From an uncultured delta proteobacterium (lineage in GTDB: Bacteria; Desulfobacterota; Binatia; JACPRU01), in NCBI GenBank assembly GCA_963745025.1, contig CAVUWD010000006.1, positions 256,001-320,000 on the forward strand: DNA of 64,000 nt. The letters are read 5' to 3'. Shown here piece by piece: positions 9,938 through 18,952 of this stretch. The translations under genes were made by a program, and so were the position numbers. Positions within the stretch are counted from its first letter, which is position 1. The number at the start of each line of letters is the position of its first letter. Under the pieces are notes generated by a model. It had not been told where the DNA came from and did not search any database. It was given only the letters and a program-made list of their open reading frames with translations.

Positions 9938-10570
9938 ATGAGCGAAACTTTACTTGTCGCAGAGGATCATCAAAGCGCCCGCGATCTCATCTCCTACGCT
10001 CTCCAAGGCGAGGGGTACGACCTGGTCTTCGCCGAGACCGGGACCCAGGCCCTAGAGATGCTCGGCGAGCGTCTGCCCGATGCGGCGCTATTGGACGTCG
10101 CCCTGCCCGGTGTCACGGGGACCGAGATCTGCCGGAAAATCAAGCTCGCCCGGCGATCCACGCCGGTCATCCTGATGAGCGGCGCGCTCGAGCGCGGCGA
10201 GCTCGAGAAGGAGAGCGCGGCAGCTGGGGCCGACGCCTTTCTGCCGAAGCCGTTTTCGCTCGACGAGCTCCGCACCGTGCTGCGCGCCTTCGCTCGGGTG
10301 CGCAGCCAGACGGTCGAGATCGAACGACTGCGATCGCTGGTCGCGGAGCGCGATCGCCAGATCGACGCCGCGCGGCCCGGCACGGCGAGCTCCGAGCTCG
10401 ACTGGGGCCTCCCCTACCACCGCTTCATGAAGCTCGCTCGCAAGGCGTACTTCGAGCACGCGCTCACGGTCGCGAGCGGAAACAAGTCGAAGCTCGCTCG
10501 CGACTCCGGTCTCGATCGTTCGACGCTCTACGTGCATCTGCGAAATCTCGGGATGCTCGGGGAGAAATGA
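9938..10570 (+). CDS. Response regulator, REC plus Fis-type HTH with no AAA+ domain
   Basis: VAEDH, LLDVALP and FLPKPF receiver motifs; C-terminal GNKSKLARDSGLDRSTLY Fis HTH. Confidence 0.85.
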   Translation: MSETLLVAEDHQSARDLISYALQGEGYDLVFAETGTQALEMLGERLPDAALLDVALPGVTGTEICRKIKLARRSTPVILMSGALERGELEKESAAAGADAFLPKPFSLDELRTVLRAFARVRSQTVEIERLRSLVAERDRQIDAARPGTASSELDWGLPYHRFMKLARKAYFEHALTVASGNKSKLARDSGLDRSTLYVHLRNLGMLGEK

Positions 10571-10637
10571 CGGCTACCGGTTACCGGCTCCCGCAGAATC
10601 CGCGGAGTCTTTGCCGGTGGCCGGAAGCCGGTAGCCG
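10571..10637. repeat. Heptamer-palindrome repeat copy between convergent genes
   Basis: CGGCTACCGGTTACCGGCT...GCCGGAAGCCGGTAGCCG inverted repeat. Confidence 0.6.
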
Positions 10638-10638
10638 T

Positions 10639-11127
10639 TCAGAGCTCCTCGCGGCAGTACGCGACCTGCCCAGGCGCCTCCGCGACACCGACTTCGATCC
10701 AGCGTACGCCGCGACGCTCGAGGTCCGGCAGCTCGGCTCGAATCTGGCACAGCACATAGCGGGCGAGCTCCTCCGCCGAGGAATGCACGATCGGCAGCAA
10801 CGCAACGTCGCTCTCCGGGAATGAGAACGCGGCGCCGTCATCGTAGGTCGCGACCACCTGTCCCGCCGGTCGCGTAACGTGTAGACAATCGCTTCGTGCG
10901 GGAAGGATGACTCGCTCGTCGAGGCGTTCGCAGACCCGCTTGGCGGCTTGTTTGAGCAGACCGAAGTCGAGAACGTATCCGTCGGCGCCGAGCCCGCCTT
11001 CCACGCGCACCGAGACCTGGTAGTTGTGGCCATGGAGCGGCTCGCGAAAGCCCTTGTAGGCGATGAAGTGCGCCGCCGAGAACTTCAGGTAGTCTTTGAA
11101 GACGTAAACTTGGTACGGCGCGTCCAT
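10639..11127 (-). CDS. queD: 6-carboxytetrahydropterin/6-pyruvoyl-tetrahydropterin synthase family
   Basis: FSAAHF, LHGHNY, LDFG and SAEELA motifs. Confidence 0.75.
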   Translation of the reverse strand: MDAPYQVYVFKDYLKFSAAHFIAYKGFREPLHGHNYQVSVRVEGGLGADGYVLDFGLLKQAAKRVCERLDERVILPARSDCLHVTRPAGQVVATYDDGAAFSFPESDVALLPIVHSSAEELARYVLCQIRAELPDLERRGVRWIEVGVAEAPGQVAYCREEL

Positions 11128-11136
11128 CGGCTCGAC

Positions 11137-12219
11137 CTAGGCGACCCGCACCGCCGTTTCCTCGACCTGAGGGGCTTCCTCCGCTGGCAGGCTCGCCGCC
11201 GTCTCGGCGAAACGGCAAAGAAGGTCGAGAATCGCCTGCTTGCTCCGTGCCTCGTTGATCGCGGCGCGTAGCGACGCCCCGTTGCGCAGACCCTTCGTCA
11301 CACGACCGGCAAACTGGCGCAGGCGGGCAGCGACCGCGACCGGAGCATGATCCTCTTCGAGGTAGGCTGCGTAGGTTTGCATCGCGTCGAGCCGCTCCTC
11401 GAGGGAGGGCTGATGGGCGACCGCGCCGTGGCGAAGCTCCTCGATCTGACGGAAGATCCACGGATTGGCGAGCGCGCTGCGCCCGATCATCACGCCGTCG
11501 GGAGCGAATTCGCGCTCGCGGCGAAGCGCATCGGCCGCCGTCATCACGTCGCCGCTGCCGACGACCGGGATCGACACGCGGCTGCGGATCGCGGGGATGA
11601 CGCTCCAGTCGGCCGCGCCGTGGTAGAGCTGAACCCTCGTCCGACCGTGAACGGTCACCATCGCCAGGCCCGCCGCTTCCGCGGCCGCGGCAACGTCGGC
11701 CGCGTTTCGACTCGCCTCGTCCCATCCCGAGCGCATCTTGAGCGTCACGGGGATCGTCACCTCGCGCCGCACCGCCTCGAGTATGCGGGAAAGTCGCTCG
11801 GGCTGACGCATGAGCTCGCAGCCGCCGCCGCGCTTGACCACCTTCGGCACGGGGCAGCCACAGTTGATGTCGAGGATGTCGGCGCCACTCTGCTGCACGA
11901 GCAGGGCCGCGCGCGCCATGCGATCGGCGTCCGCACCGAAGATCTGGATGGCGATTGGCCGCTCCTCGGGACGGAACCGCATCATTCGCAAGCTCTTCTC
12001 GTTGTCTCGGGTGAGCGCCTCGACACTGATGAACTCGGTGACCATCAACCCGACGGACCGGCCGCTCGCGCGCCGCACGATGCGGCGAAAGGCGGAATCG
12101 GTCACTCCCGACATCGGCGCGAGCATCAGCCGAGGAGAAATGCTCAGCGAACCGATCTGGAGAGGTTCCGTGGCCCCGTAGCCTGCAGCCCGAGGCCGGA
12201 AGCCCGCAGCCGCCTTCAA
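11137..12219 (-). CDS. dusB: tRNA-dihydrouridine synthase
   Basis: LAPMSGVTD, DINCGCP, VHGRTR and GVMIGR. TTG start with GAGGAGG RBS overlaps the helicase stop. Confidence 0.88.
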   Translation of the reverse strand: MKAAAGFRPRAAGYGATEPLQIGSLSISPRLMLAPMSGVTDSAFRRIVRRASGRSVGLMVTEFISVEALTRDNEKSLRMMRFRPEERPIAIQIFGADADRMARAALLVQQSGADILDINCGCPVPKVVKRGGGCELMRQPERLSRILEAVRREVTIPVTLKMRSGWDEASRNAADVAAAAEAAGLAMVTVHGRTRVQLYHGAADWSVIPAIRSRVSIPVVGSGDVMTAADALRREREFAPDGVMIGRSALANPWIFRQIEELRHGAVAHQPSLEERLDAMQTYAAYLEEDHAPVAVAARLRQFAGRVTKGLRNGASLRAAINEARSKQAILDLLCRFAETAASLPAEEAPQVEETAVRVA

Positions 12220-14210
12220 AATACCTCCTCGACCAGCGCCATGGGCTTCAGCAGCGAGTCGGGAAGATCTTCGACGAAGCGCGAGGGCCGGCCGAACGCG
12301 GGCCCCGAGCCGCGCTCGAAGTACTGGATCGGATACGAGATGTAGAGCAGGCGCTTGGCACGCGTGATCGCCACGTAACAGAGCCGGCGCTCTTCCTCGA
12401 GCTCGGCCTCGTCGAGCATCGAATATTGCACCGGAAACTTGCCCTCCGCGGCCCAGATCAGAAACACGGTGTGCCACTCGAGCCCTTTGGCGCTGTGGAT
12501 CGTCGACAGCGTGAGCCTTCCCTCGTCCGCGGCCTCGGCGAGCGTACCGCCGATGGCATCAGAAGGCGGCTCGAGAGCGAAATCGCTCAGCATCGACTCG
12601 AGGCTCCGATAGCGCGAGGCGATCGTCACCAGATGCTCGAGGTCCTTCAGCCGCCGCGGATGGTCATCCGGGTGGACGCGCTTCAAGATCGGCTCGTAGT
12701 GCGCAATCGCCCGCTCGAGCGCGGCCGCGGGGGGCGGCGCCTCGGACGCGAGCGCGGCCACGAGCAGCCCGAGCCGCTCGAGCTCCTTCGATTGTCCCGC
12801 GCGGCGACTGGCCAGCGTGAGCGCCGACACGTCCCCCCCATGCTCGGCGATCGCCTCGACCATCTCGCCAGCGGTTTTCGGCCCGATGCCCTCGAGCAGC
12901 AGCAGGATCCGCAGCCAAGAGACCGTGTCGAAGGGATTCACGGCGACCCGCAAGTGCGCGACGACGTCCTTCACATGCGCCGTCTCGACGAACTTGAAGC
13001 CCCCCCGCTTGACGAACGGCAGATCGGCACGCGCGAGCTCGAGCTCGAGATCGAAGGAGTGGAAGCTCGATCGAAAGAGCACCGCGATCTCCTCGAGTGG
13101 CACTCCTTCTTCGCGAAGCTCGAGGATCCGCTGGCAGACGAAGCGCGACTGGAAGCTCTCGTTCTCCGCCTGGACCAATAGCGGCGTCACGCCCTCGGTG
13201 AGGCGCGTGCGCAAGATTTTGGTGTAGCGCTCGGTCGCGCGTTCGATGACTGCGTTTGCGAGATCGAGAATCGGCTGGGTCGAGCGATAGTTCTCCTCGA
13301 GCGCGATCACCCGCGCTCCGGGAAAGCGTCGCTCGAAGTCCATGATGTTGCGAAAGTCCGCACCGCGGAAGGAATAAATCGATTGGGCGTCGTCGCCGAC
13401 CGCCATGACGTTTCGGTGCGCGACCGCGAGCCGTTCGACGATCTCGGCCTGCAGCCGATTGGTGTCCTGATATTCGTCGACCATTACGAAGCGGAGTTCC
13501 GCAGATAGGCGCTCGGCGACCTCGCCGCGAGCCTCGAGGAGATCGCGAAGCTTGACCAGCAGATCGTCGTAGTCGAACAGGTTCTTCTCCGCCTTGTAGG
13601 TCTCGTAGCGGGCGCGCAGATGCTCGAGGTCTTCGGCATGCTCGGCGAGATGCAGGTATTCGGACTCGATGATCACGCCGAGCGGGGCGCTCTTGTTGAC
13701 CACCGCGCTGAAAATCTCGGCGACCGTCTGCTTCTTCGGAAAGCGCCGATCCTTGCGGTCGAGACCCATCCCGGTTCGAAGCCACTGGATCACGTCCTCG
13801 CCGTCTCCGCGGTCGAGGATCGTGAAGCTACGCTCGCGCCCCGCTTCGCGCGCAAAGCGGCGGAGCACGAGATTGGCGAAGGAGTGGAACGTGCCGCCGC
13901 GGACACGCCCGCAGTCGTTTCCGACCAGCGCCGCGGCACGATCGAGCATGACCTCCGCCGCACGCCGCGTGAAGGTCAGGAGAAGAATGGACTGCGGCGC
14001 GATCCCGAGCTCCACGAGGCGGGCGACGCGATACACGAGCGTGCGTGTCTTGCCGCTCCCCGCGCCCGCGATGACGAGCACCGGTCCTTCGACGTGCGAC
14101 ACGGCTGCGTACTGCGCGGCATTCAGCTCGGCCGGATAGTCGATTCGGAGCTCGGGCGCGGGCCGCGACTCACCGCCCCGCGAGCGCAGGATATAGCTTT
14201 CGACCGACAT
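12216..14210 (-). CDS. UvrD/PcrA-family ATP-dependent DNA helicase
   Basis: AGAGSGKT, VDEYQD, GDDAQSIY, NYRS, TIHSAKGLE and EERRLCYVAITRA. Confidence 0.92.
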   Translation of the reverse strand: MSVESYILRSRGGESRPAPELRIDYPAELNAAQYAAVSHVEGPVLVIAGAGSGKTRTLVYRVARLVELGIAPQSILLLTFTRRAAEVMLDRAAALVGNDCGRVRGGTFHSFANLVLRRFAREAGRERSFTILDRGDGEDVIQWLRTGMGLDRKDRRFPKKQTVAEIFSAVVNKSAPLGVIIESEYLHLAEHAEDLEHLRARYETYKAEKNLFDYDDLLVKLRDLLEARGEVAERLSAELRFVMVDEYQDTNRLQAEIVERLAVAHRNVMAVGDDAQSIYSFRGADFRNIMDFERRFPGARVIALEENYRSTQPILDLANAVIERATERYTKILRTRLTEGVTPLLVQAENESFQSRFVCQRILELREEGVPLEEIAVLFRSSFHSFDLELELARADLPFVKRGGFKFVETAHVKDVVAHLRVAVNPFDTVSWLRILLLLEGIGPKTAGEMVEAIAEHGGDVSALTLASRRAGQSKELERLGLLVAALASEAPPPAAALERAIAHYEPILKRVHPDDHPRRLKDLEHLVTIASRYRSLESMLSDFALEPPSDAIGGTLAEAADEGRLTLSTIHSAKGLEWHTVFLIWAAEGKFPVQYSMLDEAELEEERRLCYVAITRAKRLLYISYPIQYFERGSGPAFGRPSRFVEDLPDSLLKPMALVEEVF

Positions 14211-14224
14211 CGAACGGGATCGGC

Positions 14225-14614
14225 TTACTGGCTGTCCTGCCGCTCGGGGCCGGACTCGGCGTCGTGCGCGTGGACGATGTCGCCGAACTCCGAAAGATCG
14301 GCGAGTAACCTTCGCAGGTCTCCCTCCTGCTGCCCGCGATCGAGCACCTCGATCGTTCGCAGAGTCCGGTTCGCCCAGTGGCGAAGGAGCCGAATGTCGG
14401 AGAGGCCGGTCTTCACACCGGGCGTGGGGCGCGCACGCAGCTGCTGGTGTAGGCCTCGTTCCTTCTCCTGCAGGCTTGCGAGCAGCGTGATCACCGTCGC
14501 CTTGACGTTGTCGAGAATGCCCGCGAGCTCCGTGGGCGGCGGCGCTTCGTCGGCAGCGGCCGCTGCACCTCGCCGGCGCTTGCCCTCTCGCGAAATCTTG
14601 ACGGGGCGCGTCAC
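14225..14614 (-). CDS. Hypothetical helical protein
   Basis: The 3' part of the 14225-15154 ORF has protein-like amphipathic composition and ends 15 bp before the helicase start. Confidence 0.55.
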   Translation of the reverse strand: MTRPVKISREGKRRRGAAAAADEAPPPTELAGILDNVKATVITLLASLQEKERGLHQQLRARPTPGVKTGLSDIRLLRHWANRTLRTIEVLDRGQQEGDLRRLLADLSEFGDIVHAHDAESGPERQDSQ

Positions 14615-14934
14615 GATGGCCGATTGTGGCTCGAAGCTCGGAAAATGACAATCGCTCGCCGCGAGGGCTCGCGACGCGGCGACCCGTGCACGGTTTAGGA
14701 ACGGGCATCCAACGCAGGGCCAATTCCTCCTCCGCGAGAAGAGGTAATGATCCAGCCCGCTGCTCGGCCGCGGGCGCCATCCGGCAGATCGCAGGGCGCC
14801 ACGTTCGAGTCGGCAGCTCCGGCGTCCAGACGATCTCCTGGCGGCAGTTCTGAGCGGCGGTCCCTTGACCTCGTCACCGCCATCAGAGACGGTACGCGGC
14901 GATCTCTGATGTGGAACGTTCCCGAAGACAAGCA

Positions 14935-15170
14935 ATAAAGGCCTCTGTCTTTGCCTTACCAACGCTCCGGCAAGACGGAACGTGCGGGCGGTTGTGGTCG
15001 ATCCGTACTCGGGTCGACCACAACCGCCCGCAACCACGCGGAGCGTGGAAGGAGCCGCATTCCGCGCTCCGCGCGGCGCCTGGATTTTCCGGTCGCCCCG
15101 AGTACGGGCCGATCGGAAAATCCAGCGCTCAGGAATCCCAAGCCTTGGAGGCAAAGACTGACGGCATTAC
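14935..15170. mobile_element. MITE-like element, copy A
   Basis: Right end AAGACTGACGGCATTAC, degenerate left IR, ACAAGC on both flanks, three internal hairpins; homologous to 28637-28880. Confidence 0.7.
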
Positions 15171-15227
15171 ACAAGCGGACGGGTTCCGGTTGATCTGACG
15201 GGCTATCGTCGGGAGGATGACGCCAAC

Positions 15228-16589
15228 ATGCCGACACTGAACCCGGAGATCATCCGCGAGTACGACATCCGCGGCGTCGCCGACCACGATTTCACCGACG
15301 AAAACTGCTACCTGCTCGGCCGTGCGATCGGCACCTTCGAGCAGCGCGCCGGCAAGAAGCGGATCACGATCGGCCGCGACGCGCGGCTGCATTCTCCGCG
15401 CATTCACGCCGGCGTACTGAAAGGTCTGCTCGAGTCGGGACTCGAGGTGACCGACGTCGGCATGTGCGCGACGCCGCTTCTCTACTTCTCGGTCAACCAC
15501 TGGGAAATGGACGGCGGGGTGATGATCACCGCCAGCCATAATCCCGCCCCGGACAACGGGATCAAAATCTGCGTCGGCAAGAGCACGATCTACGGCGCCG
15601 ACCTTCGCAAGATCGGCGAGATGGTCGAGCAGCGGGACTTCCTCTCGGAGATGCGCGGCCGCGTCGTCGAACGAGCCGTGCTGCCGGACTACGTCGACTA
15701 CGTGAGCTCGCAGATCCGCGCGCCGCGAAAGCTCCGCGTAGCGATCGACGCCGGCAACGGTCCGGGCGGGGTTCCGGCCGTACCGATCTTCGAGAGGCTC
15801 GGGCACGAGGTGATCGAGCTCTACACGGAGCCGGACGGCCGCTTCCCGAACCATCATCCCGACCCGACGGTAGTCGACAACCTGAAGGACCTGATCGCTA
15901 CCGTGCGAGAGAAGCACTGTGACGTCGGAATCGCCTATGACGGCGACGCGGATCGGCTCGGCGTCGTCGACGAGGAGGGCCGTCCGGTCTGGGGCGATCA
16001 GCTGATGATCCTCTTCTCGCGCGCGATTCTCGAGAAACAGAAAGGCGGGACGTTCATCGCCGAGGTCAAGTGCTCGCGGACGCTCTACGACGACGTACCG
16101 AAGCACGGCGGCCGGATCATCATGTGGAAGACCGGCCACTCGCTCATCAAGCAGAAGATGAAGGAGGAGCATGCCCTTCTCGCCGGTGAGATGAGCGGTC
16201 ACATGTTCTTCGCCGACCGCTATTACGGCTTCGACGACGCGATTTACTCGTCGGCGCGGCTGGCCGAGATCCTCTCCGAAACGGGCAAGCGCGTCGGTGA
16301 GCTCCTCGCCGACGTGCCGAAAATGTTCTCGACGCCGGAGATCCGCGTGGCGGCGCCCGAAGCGCGAAAATTTCAGATCGTCGAGCAGCTGAAGCGGCGC
16401 TTCGTCAAGAAATACGAGGTGATCGACATCGACGGCGCGCGCATCAACTTTCCCGGCGGCTGGGGTCTGGTGCGAGCGTCGAACACCCAGGCCGTGCTGG
16501 TGCTGCGCTTCGAAGCCAAGGACGCGCCGACGCTCGATGCGATTCGCGCCGAGGTCGAAGGCGAGCTGAAGGCGCTCGCGACCGCGTAG
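15228..16589 (+). CDS. algC: Phosphomannomutase/phosphoglucomutase
   Basis: YDIRG, TASHNP, DGDADR and GEMSGH motifs. Confidence 0.9.
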   Translation: MPTLNPEIIREYDIRGVADHDFTDENCYLLGRAIGTFEQRAGKKRITIGRDARLHSPRIHAGVLKGLLESGLEVTDVGMCATPLLYFSVNHWEMDGGVMITASHNPAPDNGIKICVGKSTIYGADLRKIGEMVEQRDFLSEMRGRVVERAVLPDYVDYVSSQIRAPRKLRVAIDAGNGPGGVPAVPIFERLGHEVIELYTEPDGRFPNHHPDPTVVDNLKDLIATVREKHCDVGIAYDGDADRLGVVDEEGRPVWGDQLMILFSRAILEKQKGGTFIAEVKCSRTLYDDVPKHGGRIIMWKTGHSLIKQKMKEEHALLAGEMSGHMFFADRYYGFDDAIYSSARLAEILSETGKRVGELLADVPKMFSTPEIRVAAPEARKFQIVEQLKRRFVKKYEVIDIDGARINFPGGWGLVRASNTQAVLVLRFEAKDAPTLDAIRAEVEGELKALATA

Positions 16590-16631
16590 CAGGCAACTTC
16601 CAGGCTCGGTGCTTCGGGCGCGCGGCCCGCG

Positions 16632-18857
16632 TCAGACCGGCGCGACCGTTACCGGGATGCCGTTGAGCACGGCGTTTCCGGAGAGTGTATCGATCACCTC
16701 GGGATCGGCGAGGAAGTTCGACGGCACGCCCGGGCGAGCGGCGGCGACGCCGAGGCGCACGCCTTCGAGCCCGTGGCCCCAGCCGTGCGGTAGGCTGACG
16801 ACTCCGGCCATGATCTCGTCGCTCACGGTAACCGGAGCCTCCACCTCCCCGACCCGGCTGACGATGCGAGCGTGGCCGCCGTCGACGAGGCCGAGCCGCG
16901 CGGCGTCGGTGGGATGGACGAGTAGCGTGCAGCGCTCGGGTCCCTTTACCAGCGAGGGCGCGTTGTGCATCCACGAGTTGTTCGAGCGGAGCTGGCGGCG
17001 GCCGATCAGCACGAGACCATCCGCCGGCCGATCGAGCGAGCGGCGCAGGCGGTCGACGTCCGCGACGATCAGCTCCTGCGCGAGCTCGATCTTGCCGCTC
17101 GGTGTCGCGAGCACGCCGGGAAGCCTCGGCTCGAGCGGTCCGAGATCCATGCCGTGCTCGGTCTCGCGCAAGCGCTTCAGGGAAAGACCCTCGCGCCGCT
17201 CGTCGAATCCGTCGCCGTAGGTGCCACCGCGAAGCAACAGGTCGAGCACGCGGGCCGGCCCCGGCTTCGTCCCCAGACGCTCGAGCGCGGCCGCAGCGGT
17301 CACCTTCGCCGTCGGGGTCCCCGCCCGCCCGACCGCCTGCGAGACCATCTTCGCGAATAGCTGGTCGTCGAACGCCTTGATGTCTCCGTCCGGCATGCCC
17401 ATCAGTCGCGCGCCGAGCGAGAGCAGGATCTCCCAGTCGTGCTTCGCCCCGGGCTCAGGCTCGATCGCCGTCGGCGAATACTTGGCGACGTTGCGGATCG
17501 CCAGGTTGTAGAGCAGCAGGTCGTAATTCTCGTGCTCGAGCGGCGATGTAGTCGGCAGGATCAAGTTCGCGTGGCGCGTCGTCTCGTTGCGGTAGATGTC
17601 GATCGCGACCATGTACTCGAGGCTCTCGAGCGCCCGTGCCAAGCGAGCGCCATCGGGCGTCGACAGCACCGGATTCCCGGCGACGGTTACGAGCCCGCGA
17701 ATCCTTCCCTCGCCCGGCGTCTCGATCTCCTCGGCGAGCGCTACGGCCGGAAGCTCGCCGCCGAACTCCGGCAGCTCGCGCACACGGCTCTTCCAGCGGC
17801 CGTAGGGAAGGCTTCGGCTCTTGCGGGAGGTATCGCCGTACTTGAACGAGGCCGCGGGCGTCGTGAACATCGCTCCGCCCGCACGATCGAGGTTGCCGGT
17901 CAGCACGTTCACGACGTCGACGAGCCAGCTCGCCAGCGTACCGAATTCCTGGGTGCACGTGCCGATGCGACCGTAGCATGCAGCCGACGGCGCCGCTGCG
18001 ATCTCGCGCGCGATGCGGCGCAACGTCGGCGCGTCGATCCCGACCCGGAGGGCCACCGCCTCCGGAGAGAACGATCGGGCGAGCGACCGCACCTCCTCCA
18101 CGCCCTCCACCATCGGCTCCAGCCGACCGAGGCGAAGGAGTCCCTCCGCGAAAAACGTGTGGACGAGCGCGAACAGGAACAGCGCGTCGGTCCCCGGGCG
18201 AATCGACACGTGCTCGTCGGCGAGGCGCGCGGTCTCGGTCCGCCGCGGGTCGACGACGACGAGCTTGCCTCCACGAGCGCGCAGCGCGCGTAGCCGTTTC
18301 GGCATCGCCGGAGCGGTCATCAGACTGCCGTTCGAGACCACCGGATTGGCGCCGATCACCACGAGGTAGGCGGTGCGGTCCACGTCCGGCACGGGAACGA
18401 GAAGCTGCTCGCCGAAGAGCATGCACGACGAAATCATCTTCGGAAGCTGGTCGACGGAGGTGGCGGAAAAGCGCTGGTGAGAGCCGAGCGCGCGGATCAG
18501 CACCCGGCCGTAGAGCATCGTGCCGAGATTGTGCGCGCTCGGATTGCCGAGGTAGATCCCGAGCGACTCTCCGCCGTGTCGATTGCGGACGCGCAACAGG
18601 TTGTCGGCCGCCTCGGCGAGCGCTTCGTCCCAGGGGATCTCTTGCCAGCCTTCGCCGGTGCGGCGGACGGGTCGGCGAAGCCGGTCGGGATCGTTCTGCA
18701 GATCCTTCAGGGCATACGCCTTGGGGCAGATGTAGCCTCGGCTGAACGGGTCTTGATCGTCGCCCCGCACGGAGAGGACCTGTCGACCCTCGGTTTCGAC
18801 CACGATGCCACAGGTCGCCTCGCAGAGCGGACACGCACGGAACGATCGTTGCGCCAT
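16632..18857 (-). CDS. Molybdopterin-dependent oxidoreductase (DMSO reductase superfamily), cytoplasmic
   Basis: CPLCEATC...CPK 4Fe-4S motif, NNSWMHN C-terminal domain; no Tat signal. Confidence 0.88.
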   Translation of the reverse strand: MAQRSFRACPLCEATCGIVVETEGRQVLSVRGDDQDPFSRGYICPKAYALKDLQNDPDRLRRPVRRTGEGWQEIPWDEALAEAADNLLRVRNRHGGESLGIYLGNPSAHNLGTMLYGRVLIRALGSHQRFSATSVDQLPKMISSCMLFGEQLLVPVPDVDRTAYLVVIGANPVVSNGSLMTAPAMPKRLRALRARGGKLVVVDPRRTETARLADEHVSIRPGTDALFLFALVHTFFAEGLLRLGRLEPMVEGVEEVRSLARSFSPEAVALRVGIDAPTLRRIAREIAAAPSAACYGRIGTCTQEFGTLASWLVDVVNVLTGNLDRAGGAMFTTPAASFKYGDTSRKSRSLPYGRWKSRVRELPEFGGELPAVALAEEIETPGEGRIRGLVTVAGNPVLSTPDGARLARALESLEYMVAIDIYRNETTRHANLILPTTSPLEHENYDLLLYNLAIRNVAKYSPTAIEPEPGAKHDWEILLSLGARLMGMPDGDIKAFDDQLFAKMVSQAVGRAGTPTAKVTAAAALERLGTKPGPARVLDLLLRGGTYGDGFDERREGLSLKRLRETEHGMDLGPLEPRLPGVLATPSGKIELAQELIVADVDRLRRSLDRPADGLVLIGRRQLRSNNSWMHNAPSLVKGPERCTLLVHPTDAARLGLVDGGHARIVSRVGEVEAPVTVSDEIMAGVVSLPHGWGHGLEGVRLGVAAARPGVPSNFLADPEVIDTLSGNAVLNGIPVTVAPV

Positions 18858-18952
18858 GGGGTCAGCTATCAAACAAAACTTTTGCTTGCGCAACCCCGGG
18901 CGGCCGTCGTTAACTGGCCTTCCGCTGCCCTCCCGCGCCCCTGGAGAGACTC

